A DNA stretch of 64,000 nt from the NCBI GenBank assembly GCA_963665765.1, contig OY762464.1, positions 2,674,787 through 2,738,786 of the forward strand, written 5' to 3'. The first letter of the stretch is position 1. Every line of letters starts with the position of its first letter. The translations under genes and the position numbers were made by a program. The stretch comes from Acidimicrobiia bacterium (lineage in GTDB: Bacteria > Actinomycetota > Acidimicrobiia > Spongiisociales > ZC4RG35). The notes beneath the pieces were generated by a model that saw only the letters and a program-made list of their open reading frames with translations, did no database searches and was not told the DNA's origin. Shown here piece after piece: positions 17,769 to 26,155 of this stretch.

Positions 17769-18518
17769 ATGCAAATGAGGATCAGTCCGACTCCTCAACC
17801 TGGGGAGGAGCGCTTGAATCGGGAGAGCCGCGAGTTTCTCGCCTATCTGCGGAGTGTCCCACCTGTTCCGAGGAAAGACGACCCGAACGACTGGCTATGG
17901 CAGATCCGCGACCATTTGCGTCGCTCTCCCGCAAAACGGTTGGAGCGGTGGGCCTCGTTCGCTGACGGTGCGTTGCGGATCAACAGTCACAGGCTCGGGT
18001 TACCGCATGTGTCGTTTGATCCACTGCAGGTGCTCCGCACCCTCACAGCTCAGGGGGTTGCTTTTGTGATGGTGGGGATGGGAGCCGGCTACTTGCAGGG
18101 CGCTCCCTATCCCAGTTACAACACCGATATCACGCCCAGGACAGACCCGGCCAACATCGCCAGGATAGAACAGGCGTTGGTCGGGTTGCATGCCCGGCCG
18201 TTGGACAGGGACGAGTGGGGGCCGGTGGCAGAACCCACCCTGCCAGGGTTCAGAAGGCTACTGACCGTAGCGGGGATGGTCAACGTGGTCAATGCTCTTC
18301 CCGGGGTTGGCGGCTACGACCAAGTAATGGAAAACGCCGATCTCTTAGATGTGAGCGACGACCTGTCAGTGTGGGTAGCGGCGCTGGAGGACGTGGTCCG
18401 CAACAAAGAAGCCATGAGCAACATGACCGAAAGGCCCCGTCACAGCCACACGATGGACAGCCTGCACGTGCTCATGGGCAAAGAAACCCTGGCTGCCAAG
18501 AAGAAGCAGGCCAATTAG
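17769..18518 (+). CDS. Nucleotidyltransferase-fold protein (MNT-like) with ~85-aa N-terminal extension
   Basis: Start taken at ATG 17769 (MQMRISP...). Core FVMVGMGAGYLQGAPYPSYNTDITP resembles G-x-x-A..G..R.T.D.D of minimal NTases. Paralogous to the next gene along its C-terminal 170 aa. Confidence 0.45.
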   Translation: MQMRISPTPQPGEERLNRESREFLAYLRSVPPVPRKDDPNDWLWQIRDHLRRSPAKRLERWASFADGALRINSHRLGLPHVSFDPLQVLRTLTAQGVAFVMVGMGAGYLQGAPYPSYNTDITPRTDPANIARIEQALVGLHARPLDRDEWGPVAEPTLPGFRRLLTVAGMVNVVNALPGVGGYDQVMENADLLDVSDDLSVWVAALEDVVRNKEAMSNMTERPRHSHTMDSLHVLMGKETLAAKKKQAN

Positions 18519-19043
18519 TTGCAGCGTCTTGACCTCATCGCAAAAACGCTGATTGATCACAAAGTCGAATTTGTCCTGCTGGGAAACTACGGTGCTCAGA
18601 TACAGGGCGCGCAGGTGCTCACCGAAGATGCGGACATGGCCTACCACCGAGGACAAGAGAACCTTGTGCGACTGATGGCAGCCTTGGAGGAAATGGGCGC
18701 TCGTATCCGGTTCGGCGACGAGACGGTGTGGCTTCCTTACAGCGACCCTCTGCTGCTGTCCAGCGGCGACATTTGGAACCTACGCACCACCCACGGGGAT
18801 TTGGACCTCCTATACGCGCCTGCTGGGGGTGGCTACGATCACCTAATCCAGGACGCGGTGGAAGTGGAAATAGGCGATGGTGTCGTGGTATTGGCCGCCT
18901 CATTGGACGACATCATCCATTCCAAACAACTGGCCAACAGAGAAAAAGACCACATAGCCCTACCCGAATTGCGTCGCTTGCGCGACGAACAGCAACACCA
19001 ACGTGAAGACCCCGGTTGTCCCTCAAGCTATAACCCAGCCTAG
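18519..19043 (+). CDS. Nucleotidyltransferase-fold protein (paralog of 17769-18518)
   Basis: TTG start directly after the upstream TAG. FVLLGNYGAQIQGAQVLTEDADMAY aligns with the upstream gene's core. LAASLDDIIHSKQLANREKD aligns with VAALEDVVRNKEAM. Confidence 0.45.
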   Translation: MQRLDLIAKTLIDHKVEFVLLGNYGAQIQGAQVLTEDADMAYHRGQENLVRLMAALEEMGARIRFGDETVWLPYSDPLLLSSGDIWNLRTTHGDLDLLYAPAGGGYDHLIQDAVEVEIGDGVVVLAASLDDIIHSKQLANREKDHIALPELRRLRDEQQHQREDPGCPSSYNPA

Positions 19044-19235
19044 TTCGGATATCAGTGTTCTCCACCCCAAGCGAATGACCCGACCCACAGATCCCAACCA
19101 GGCGTTCAACCGTTCATAACCGGCGGTGTCGGCTGTGATCGGTGCCGTACCCAAGACCCGCCCACATGATATTGACTGGCTACGGGTAAGTGTCACACCG
19201 TAGGAGTTAGAGTGAGTGATGGAATAAACGCCCAA
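19023..19235 (-). pseudogene. Relic of IS110-family transposase N-terminus
   Basis: 70-aa ORF containing RVLGTAPITADTAGYERLNAWLGSVGRVIRLG. This resembles the recalled actinobacterial IS110 N-terminal segment (...FAATAAGYRQLLAWxRxxGxVxRxGVEGTG...). The catalytic remainder is absent. Confidence 0.4.
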
Positions 19236-19237
19236 AG

Positions 19238-19462
19238 GTGTTCGAGAAATGGCCGGAGTGTCTCAACAGGGGCATGAAAATTGCGGCCGCTTGCCAGTGC
19301 CGGTCAGGCTGTCAGAACTGCATTGAGCCGGCCAAGTCCTATAACTCCAGTGGTGGCGATCTCGATAAGCGTTTGGGAATTGAGTTGGGGTATCAGTTGC
19401 TATCGGCTTATCAGCAGGGTCCGAGCCATCGGTTCCGCCGGGGGCGGATGGTGGCTGTCTAG
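19238..19462 (+). pseudogene. Relic of the C-terminal Zn-binding DUF1998 (MrfA-type) domain of a DEAD/DEAH helicase
   Basis: 74-aa ORF with AAACQCRSGCQNCIEPAKSYNSSGGDLDKRLGIELGYQLL, the C.C..GC..C......N...LDK pattern that ends DUF1998 helicases. No helicase body lies upstream. Confidence 0.45.
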
Positions 19463-19758
19463 CGTTGGCGGGGGAGGTCGGCGGCTTTCAGGAGTGATCC
19501 GTTGGCGTCGAGGATGCCGATTTTGGTGCCGATGGTGGCGGGACTGGCCGCGAACAGATCACCTCGATTGATAACCAGGAATCGGTAGGTCATCAGGGGT
19601 CGCAGGCGCTTCACGGTCTTTTTGATCTGCTTGTGATCGGCTGCTATCCCCAAGGTGCCTTTGGAACAGATCAGATCGGCCTTGCCGGTGGGGTCGGGCT
19701 CAGCGGAGAGCTTTTCGATCATTGCCTGTCGGAGTTGGTCTTCGGTCATTCGGGCCAT
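19459..19758 (-). CDS. Hypothetical protein
   Basis: 99-aa ORF with ATG start and ordinary composition. No recognisable motif. Convergent with the DUF1998 relic (stops overlap). Confidence 0.3.
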   Translation of the reverse strand: MARMTEDQLRQAMIEKLSAEPDPTGKADLICSKGTLGIAADHKQIKKTVKRLRPLMTYRFLVINRGDLFAASPATIGTKIGILDANGSLLKAADLPRQR

Positions 19759-19809
19759 GGTCCACCTGGAGGGTCGGTTGTTCTTGCCCCGATCATATAC
19801 GACGAATAA

Positions 19810-20931
19810 TCAAGATGAAGTGTTAGCCATGCGGTTTTCCAGCATTTCAGCCAATGCTTGGTCTGATTCCTCCAGGTTTACCACCGATTGCCACCCTCCC
19901 GACGCCAGTGCCTGTCGCAGTTCGCCCATTCCTTCCACTCGGTTGTCGTCCAATGAGAGCCCGGCCACGATGGCGTCGCAGAGGGCCCCCGAGGGGAGGC
20001 CTTGCCGGACCGCTTCTCGGGCAGGGCCGACCAGCCGCTCGGACGGTCCCAGCTTCCGCAAAGGGTTGCGAGCCACCCGACGGATGGGATCCACCAAGGT
20101 GGAGGTCTCGAACCGTTGGAGGTTGAATCGTCCGTAATCGGCCAGTTCTTCTTCGGTCCAATCTTCCATCTGCGCGGAGAGCACGGCTGCCATGGCGCCC
20201 GCAATCTCTTGGAGTCGCTTCCGGATGGAAGGGTCGGAGACCGCTCGGGCCACGGTCCGGTGCCCGGCGTGCCATCCCAGGAAGGCCCCGGCGGCGTGCA
20301 GCCCGTTGACCAGCCACAGTTTCCTCTTCCGATAGAGATCCAGGCCGGCAACCAACTCCACTCCCGCCACGTCCGGGTCCGGGCCCACCCAGTCTTGTTT
20401 GGCCACTTTGAAGTCGAAACGCGCCTCCACTTCCACTTCCAATCCGTCACTCGTCGAGCCGGGCACCATCCTGTCGACCAGTGTCTCGGGAAACCCCACT
20501 CCCGTCGGATGGGCGCCCATCACACCGGCAACATGTTTGAGGAGCAGAGCGCTGTTCGGGTCGGCGTTCTCGCAGGCCAGCACGTTGCGAATGCGACTGT
20601 CGCGGCGGGAAAGGGCAGCTGCGATGGTGGGCGCCACGCGGTGAAGTATTCCGGGACCCACCGCGGTGCACACCACTTCCGCTTTGGCGGCGGCGGAGAT
20701 GGCTTCGCCCGCCACACCGTTCACCGCCCTGACATTTCCGATCAACCGGGTGGATCGGCGGTCGGTGCTCACTTCGATCACCCGGTATTGGCCCTCCCGG
20801 TTGATCAGATTCACCAACTCGGGAAAGACATCAACGAAGATCACCTCCCATCCGGCGCGCCCGAACAGCCAACCCAGCAATCCCCTTCCTATGTTCCCGG
20901 CGCCGAATACGGCCACCCGTCGTCGGGTCAT
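19810..20931 (-). CDS. mtlD: Mannitol-1-phosphate 5-dehydrogenase
   Basis: ATG 20931 gives MTRRRVAVFGAGNIGRGLLGW (Rossmann motif), VDRMVP, KLWLVNGLHA as in MtlD. ATGA overlap with the EIIA stop. Confidence 0.85.
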   Translation of the reverse strand: MTRRRVAVFGAGNIGRGLLGWLFGRAGWEVIFVDVFPELVNLINREGQYRVIEVSTDRRSTRLIGNVRAVNGVAGEAISAAAKAEVVCTAVGPGILHRVAPTIAAALSRRDSRIRNVLACENADPNSALLLKHVAGVMGAHPTGVGFPETLVDRMVPGSTSDGLEVEVEARFDFKVAKQDWVGPDPDVAGVELVAGLDLYRKRKLWLVNGLHAAGAFLGWHAGHRTVARAVSDPSIRKRLQEIAGAMAAVLSAQMEDWTEEELADYGRFNLQRFETSTLVDPIRRVARNPLRKLGPSERLVGPAREAVRQGLPSGALCDAIVAGLSLDDNRVEGMGELRQALASGGWQSVVNLEESDQALAEMLENRMANTSS

Positions 20932-21374
20932 TCGGGAGGTGCTGCCAGGGTCTCCCGGACGTAGTTTTCGTCGGTGGCCGCCGCCAGCCGATCGCACAGG
21001 TCCTCGTCGTCCAAGACTTCCGCCAGATGGGACATCACCGCCAGATGTTCTTCGCCCACCGCCGCCAGTCCGAACACCAGATAGGCCAGGTCGTCCTCAT
21101 CACCCCAGGGGACGCCGCCGGGATATTGGGCCAGCACCAGGGCGGTGCGTTTGATGAGGCCTTTGTCTTCGTAGGTGCAGTGGGGAAGGGCGATCCCGTT
21201 GCCGAGATAGGTGGAGATCACCTCTTCCCGGGCCAGCATGGAGGCGCCGTACCCTGCTTCCACCGCTCCCAGGTCTAACAGCATGCCCGAAACCCGATCG
21301 ATGGCGTCTTTCATGGTCTGGCCCTGCTCACCCAGGGTGATGGCCTCGACTGAGGTAACCGATGTATTCGCCAT
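20928..21374 (-). CDS. mtlF: PTS mannitol-type EIIA component
   Basis: REEVISTYLGNGIALPH (phospho-His loop) and LVFGLAA. ATG 21374 preferred; TTG 21386 overlapping the EIIB stop is an alternative. Confidence 0.85.
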   Translation of the reverse strand: MANTSVTSVEAITLGEQGQTMKDAIDRVSGMLLDLGAVEAGYGASMLAREEVISTYLGNGIALPHCTYEDKGLIKRTALVLAQYPGGVPWGDEDDLAYLVFGLAAVGEEHLAVMSHLAEVLDDEDLCDRLAAATDENYVRETLAAPPE

Positions 21375-21382
21375 GATCTCGG

Positions 21383-21706
21383 TCAACTCCCTACCACGTT
21401 GTTGCCGGCGGAAAGGTCCTTTACCAACCGGGTCAGTGCGGGGTCGTTCAAAAAGGTCTTGAAGGGGATAACTGCGGCGTGAGGCGCCACCTGCTTGACT
21501 CGGGCGGCCAAACCGGCGTGAGTGACCACCACGTCGGCCTGGGCGGGAATGTCGTGCACCGGGGTATGGCTGACTTTGATGGGCAGCTTGGCTTTTTTGA
21601 TCTTCTTTTTGAGAGCGTTGGTGACCATCAGGCTGGATCCCATGCCGGCTTCACAGGCCAGGACTATCCACTGGACATCCGCCGCCGCTTTTGTAACTGA
21701 ACTCAT
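21383..21706 (-). CDS. PTS mannitol/fructose-type EIIB component
   Basis: 107 aa with IVLACEAGMGSSLM (active-site Cys loop). Confidence 0.8.
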   Translation of the reverse strand: MSSVTKAAADVQWIVLACEAGMGSSLMVTNALKKKIKKAKLPIKVSHTPVHDIPAQADVVVTHAGLAARVKQVAPHAAVIPFKTFLNDPALTRLVKDLSAGNNVVGS

Positions 21707-21785
21707 GTTGTCAATCCTTTGGTTAAGGGAGTGGGGAGAGCCTCCTTTTGGAAGCTCTCCCCACTTTAGGCGAAGTTAGGTTTGT

Positions 21786-22880
21786 TTAGCCGGTAGGAAC
21801 GCCGGGCATGGCGCCGATCATTTCCTCTGTTCCCTCTGATTCCTTGACAGGTGAAATCCGCAACAGCAGGCTGCCGACCACGAAGGCGGCGGCCGCGGCG
21901 GCTGCCACCCCCAATAGGACTCCGAAGTGCTGCCCCTTGGGCATCACCGCCAGATAGGCGAAGATGGAGCCTGGTGAAGGCGTTGCTGTCAATCCCGCAT
22001 CGAAAATCACGAAGATGATGTCGGCGAGGATGCCGCCGGCCCACACCGAGAGAATCATGATGGGGTGCATGAGAATGTAGGGGAAATAGATTTCATGGAT
22101 CCCACCGAAGAAGTGAATCACGATGGCGCCGGGGGCGGACAGCTTGGCCAGACCCTTGCCGGCGAACCAATAGGCCAAAAGCAGACCGAGGCCCGGCCCG
22201 GGGTTGGTTTCCAGCAGGAAGTAGATCGAGCGGCCCGTCTCGGCAGCTTCGTCCACGCCCAGTGGCCCCAGAATCCCGTGGTTGATGGCGTTGTTCAAGA
22301 ACAACACCTTTCCGACCTCAATGGGTATGTCAGCCAGCGGCAGAATTCCGGCGTCGGTGATCCAGTCCACCAGGTTGCCGAAGAAGTTGGCGATGGCGGC
22401 CATGATCGGCCCCATGATCCATTGGCCGACAATGGCCAAAAGGGCGCCGAGGATCCCGGCCGAGAAGTTGTTGTAAAGCATCTCGAAGCCGACGGGGACC
22501 CGGTGGCCCATGGCCTCGTCGACCTTCATGATCAACCAGGCGGCCGCGGGACCGACAATCATCGCGCCCAAGAACTGGGGCGGGTCTCCGGTAGCGCCAC
22601 TTTCCAGAACAAAGTCGGCGCCGATGATGATTCCCATGGTTGCGAGGGAGCCCATTACGCCACCTCGGTGGCCATATACCATCTTGCCGCCGGTGTAACC
22701 GATCAAAATCGGCAACAGGAAAACAATAATGGGGCCTACCAGTTCCAGAAGGGTGTCGTTGGGTGTCCATCCGGTGGGAATGAAAAAAGCAGTGATCAAT
22801 CCCCAGGCGATAAACGCTCCGATGTTAGGGATGACCATACCCGCCATAAACCCGCCAAATTTCTGCAGACGTGTTAGCAT
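21786..22880 (-). CDS. mtlA: PTS mannitol-specific EIIC permease
   Basis: LQKFGGFMAGMVIPNIGAFIAWGL, GYTGGKMVYG and GGIHEIYFPY are conserved EIIC-Mtl segments. Polytopic. Confidence 0.85.
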   Translation of the reverse strand: MLTRLQKFGGFMAGMVIPNIGAFIAWGLITAFFIPTGWTPNDTLLELVGPIIVFLLPILIGYTGGKMVYGHRGGVMGSLATMGIIIGADFVLESGATGDPPQFLGAMIVGPAAAWLIMKVDEAMGHRVPVGFEMLYNNFSAGILGALLAIVGQWIMGPIMAAIANFFGNLVDWITDAGILPLADIPIEVGKVLFLNNAINHGILGPLGVDEAAETGRSIYFLLETNPGPGLGLLLAYWFAGKGLAKLSAPGAIVIHFFGGIHEIYFPYILMHPIMILSVWAGGILADIIFVIFDAGLTATPSPGSIFAYLAVMPKGQHFGVLLGVAAAAAAAFVVGSLLLRISPVKESEGTEEMIGAMPGVPTG

Positions 22881-22992
22881 TTCCGCTCCTTTGGTTAGGG
22901 GACCGATACGTATCGTTACTAATAACCATAGGCAATGAGATACCTCCCGGCGGGGGAATTCGCGGGAATTTTTCGTTATTTCAGGGCAAGTT

Positions 22993-23634
22993 TTAGCTTG
23001 AACCGACCGTTCGGTACGCGAATGCCACGGTCACGGCGCCCACCGACAGGGCGGGAGCGCTCAGCAGCCAAAAAGCGACTATTCCGATCGGACCCGGACC
23101 CCAGAGATAGAAGAGTGCCCCGGCGGGAGCGAAAAACACCAGGAGCATCAGCACCAGTGCCAGCAGTCGCGTGCGCTTTCCCCTGGTCAGTTCCGAACTT
23201 GCTGCCAGCGCAGCGAACCCCTTGGCTTTTCTGTCCAGAATCAGGAAGGGATAGAAGGTGTAGATCATCAGCACCATCACACCGGGGATCACCAGGAACA
23301 CCATGCCCACCGCCACCGTGAATGAGAAGGCGGCGGTGGTCCGGACGAAACCGTCCCGCACCCACCAGTCGTCCCTCTGCGTGTATCGCTCCGGCTGGGC
23401 CGCGGTGGCCGCCATGGCGGCGCGGGCCAGGGGCCACCCCACATATCCGGCCACCGCGAAGCTCCCCAGCCAGATGAGCAAATAGACCCAAAAGAAAAGA
23501 GGATTGTCCGCGCGGGTGTTGGCGCTGGCCTGCCACACCAAAAGAACTGTGGACGGGACCACCATTAAGGAAGCCGATCTGATTAGCAAACTTCCCTGGG
23601 ACCGAGAATAGGCCCTGATGCCTTCCCCCAGCAC
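22993..23634 (-). CDS. Integral membrane protein, unknown function
   Basis: Hydrophobic ORF. Start placed at GTG 23634 because the track start (23901) would overlap the divergent + strand ORF by ~280 nt and adds a low-complexity N-terminus. Start is uncertain. Confidence 0.4.
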   Translation of the reverse strand: MLGEGIRAYSRSQGSLLIRSASLMVVPSTVLLVWQASANTRADNPLFFWVYLLIWLGSFAVAGYVGWPLARAAMAATAAQPERYTQRDDWWVRDGFVRTTAAFSFTVAVGMVFLVIPGVMVLMIYTFYPFLILDRKAKGFAALAASSELTRGKRTRLLALVLMLLVFFAPAGALFYLWGPGPIGIVAFWLLSAPALSVGAVTVAFAYRTVGSS

Positions 23635-23641
23635 CCGGAAA

Positions 23642-23977
23642 ATGCGCAGGGGGGCTGTTGCTTCGGGCAAGTTATCGACCTTTGACGGGGTTTCTCCCCA
23701 GGCTACTCTACGGACTGTGAGTGGAGAACCGCGGCCTGACGTGGAGGCGGTGGTTGCCGCGTTGGCGCCGTTCTCCTCGGGATTGGCCGCCGATGGGTAT
23801 GCGTTGGAGGTGAGCAGGTCGGGTTCCGGCGGGTTGCGGGTGAAAATAGTGGCCGGATCCGATGCCTGCGAGGACTGTCTGATTCCCAGAGAAATGTTCA
23901 CCGGGATGCTCTCTTCCCGTTTGGCTTCCCAGGGCGTGGAGTTCTCAGAACTTTGCCTGGTCTATCCCGCCGACTGA
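23642..23977 (+). CDS. Small NifU-C-terminal-domain-like protein
   Basis: VEAVVAALAPFSSGLAADGYALEV...VKIVAGSDACEDCLIP resembles the NifU-like C-terminal pattern (l.p.l..dGG..elv...v.l.G.C..C). Start is uncertain. Confidence 0.4.
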   Translation: MRRGAVASGKLSTFDGVSPQATLRTVSGEPRPDVEAVVAALAPFSSGLAADGYALEVSRSGSGGLRVKIVAGSDACEDCLIPREMFTGMLSSRLASQGVEFSELCLVYPAD

Positions 23978-23987
23978 TTCTCGGCCT

Positions 23988-25130
23988 ATGACCACGCCGT
24001 TTTCGGGCTTGAAGATGCCCGCCAGAGACCTTTTCGATCTCGGGGAGGAGGTTGTTTGGCTGAACAGCGCCTACTTGGGTGCTCGGGCCAAGCCGGTGGC
24101 CGAGGCGGTGGCGGCGGCGGTGAACCGCCCCTTGCCGGAGGTGACCGTCTCGGATTTCTTCGAGGTCGGAAATCGAATGAGGGTGCTGCTGGCTTCGCTG
24201 GTGGGGGGAGATCCCGAAGGCGTCGCGTTGGTGCCCTCCGCCAGCTATGGCGTGGCTACCGCGGCGGCGGCGTTGCGGGTGGGAGACGGCCACCGGGTGT
24301 TGATGCTGGAAGAACAGTTTCCCGCCATGGTGTATCCCTGGACCGAGCGGGGCGCCGAGCCGGTCTTTGTCAAGCGTCCGTCCGACGACGATTGGACCAG
24401 CGCGGTTCTGGGCTGTCTCGATGAAACCATCTCGGTGGTGTCGGCGCCGGCTTGCCATTGGACGGATGGGACCCGGGTGGACCTGGAGACGGTGGGGGAG
24501 GCGGCCCGATCGGTGGGCGCTCGATTGGTGGTGGACATTTCCCAGAGTCTGGGAATGGCGCCCTTCGATGTGGGGACTGTCCGGCCCGACTTTGTGGTGG
24601 CGGTGGGGTACAAATGGCTCCTGGGGCCCCCGGGAATGTCATATCTGTGGGCTTCTCCGGAGAATCGGGAAGGTCGGCCGTTGGATGCCAACTGGATGAC
24701 CCGGGCAGGAATCGATGACTTCACCCGGGTCAACCAGTATCGCTGGGAGTTGGCTTCGGGCGCCAGGCGCTATGACGCCGGACAAACCTGGAACCTGTGG
24801 CTCACCGAGGCGGCCTGCGCCGGCTTGGAGATCCTGTCGGGAGTGGGCGCCCATTGCCTGTCGGCGCACAGTCGGCAGCTGACCGACCGACTGGCCGAAG
24901 AGTCGATGGCTCTGGGGCTGTCGGCCCCCGACCCCCGGTTCCGAAGCGCCCATCTGATGGGACTTCGTCTGCCGGAAGGCGCCGATCCCCGGTCGTTGGT
25001 CACCGAACTCGCCGCCCGTTCGGTCTACGTCTCGGTCCGGGGCAAATCGGTGCGGGTGTCGGCTCACATGTGGAACACCGAATCCGACATCGACCGCCTG
25101 CTGGAGGGCCTGTCCTCCTGGGTGAACTGA
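23988..25130 (+). CDS. Aminotransferase class V-fold PLP-dependent enzyme
   Basis: 380 aa with LNSAYLG, SASYG, DISQSLG and VAVGYKWLLGPPG (PLP-Lys region), typical of cysteine desulfurase/SufS-like fold type I. Confidence 0.75.
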   Translation: MTTPFSGLKMPARDLFDLGEEVVWLNSAYLGARAKPVAEAVAAAVNRPLPEVTVSDFFEVGNRMRVLLASLVGGDPEGVALVPSASYGVATAAAALRVGDGHRVLMLEEQFPAMVYPWTERGAEPVFVKRPSDDDWTSAVLGCLDETISVVSAPACHWTDGTRVDLETVGEAARSVGARLVVDISQSLGMAPFDVGTVRPDFVVAVGYKWLLGPPGMSYLWASPENREGRPLDANWMTRAGIDDFTRVNQYRWELASGARRYDAGQTWNLWLTEAACAGLEILSGVGAHCLSAHSRQLTDRLAEESMALGLSAPDPRFRSAHLMGLRLPEGADPRSLVTELAARSVYVSVRGKSVRVSAHMWNTESDIDRLLEGLSSWVN

Positions 25131-25163
25131 CCCGCAGATTCCGATGACAACCCCGAATCCCCG

Positions 25164-25619
25164 GTGGCCTGCATTCAAGATATGAGTGCGTCCGTCTCCT
25201 ACAATGCCACTATGGCCGTCTCTGGTTCGGGGTGGACTTCTCGCCCAATGAATGCTGCTGAATTGGCGCCTTTGCTAACTCATGAATATGACAAACGGGG
25301 TGGTTGGGTGGCTCTTGCTCAGTTTGCTCGGGACTGGAACCGCTTTCCCGATCGACGCCTTTCCATGATCAGTGATCCCTTGCCGGCACAGACTGATCTA
25401 AGAAGGGGGGCGGCGATTTCCGCAGTTGTCCACTCTCTTTGCATACGCGATGGTATGCCGGTCCCTGGTTGGGTATTGGACTGGCGACACGACACTCCTG
25501 TCACTCTGGCGTCGGGAAGCACCACGGATTCTGCCTTTCCGAGAGGGGTCCGGATACGCTCCCCTGCTGTTTGCGATTATCACCGGGTCTTTTTCGAGAG
25601 CAGTTTTTTGGGTGGCTGA
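25164..25619 (+). CDS. Hypothetical protein (upstream partner of decayed nucleotidyltransferase)
   Basis: 151-aa ORF in lower-GC DNA. Its stop overlaps the ATG of the next gene (cTGATG). No recognised motif. Confidence 0.4.
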   Translation: MACIQDMSASVSYNATMAVSGSGWTSRPMNAAELAPLLTHEYDKRGGWVALAQFARDWNRFPDRRLSMISDPLPAQTDLRRGAAISAVVHSLCIRDGMPVPGWVLDWRHDTPVTLASGSTTDSAFPRGVRIRSPAVCDYHRVFFESSFLGG

Positions 25620-26155
25620 TGACACCGGGGCTTGATCGGGACTTTCTTGAGCAGTTATTCAGAGAGATAGACGACGAGCTTGAACAACCGCTTGGGATTC
25701 ATCTGGTAGTCGTGGGAGGGGCCGCCCTTATCTTTGCAGGTCTGGAAAGAGCCACGGAGAATGTCGATTCGGTGTTGCAACGATTGCCTGATCAGTTGCA
25801 GACAGCTATCCAAGCTGTAGGACCCGCCATGCCCTACCTAACGACTGGTTCAACACTAGACCTTCACATCTGACTCCGAGGGTGTTTTGGCGCTTCGAGT
25901 TCTCCCCCGATCTTCGAAGGAAAAAACTATGTCATATAGCGGCCGGATCTCCTTTATCTTCTGGTAATGAAACTTTACGCGGCTCGTGACAAAGACATCG
26001 AGGATGCGTTGTGGTTGATGCGTCAAACAGGAAGAGATACCAGTGGCACGCTCTCATATTTGGTGGAGCAGGCCTACGGTGAAGAGGCGCTGGATGACCA
26101 GGTCCGCAATTTTATCCGTCGAGTTTCAGAAATATGGGAAAATGAATCGGGTTGA
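25619..26155 (+). pseudogene. Decayed nucleotidyltransferase-fold gene (DUF6036-like)
   Basis: Frame 2: MTPGLDRDFLEQLFREIDDEL..LVVVGGAALIFAG..ATENVDSV, stopping at TGA 25871. Frame 1 then reads LPNDWFNTRPSHL. Frame 2 resumes after TAG 25937 with RPDLLYLLVMKLYAARDKDIEDALWL. That makes two frameshifts plus one nonsense codon. Confidence 0.45.

Noticed and set aside
12847-19043. Considered whether the island encodes a known multi-gene system (BREX, DISARM, Septu, CBASS, retron)
   Set aside because: No methyltransferase, PglZ, reverse transcriptase, cyclase-effector pair or ncRNA-like structure was seen. Only McrBC is recognisable, plus a DUF1998 fragment too small to imply an intact DISARM system.
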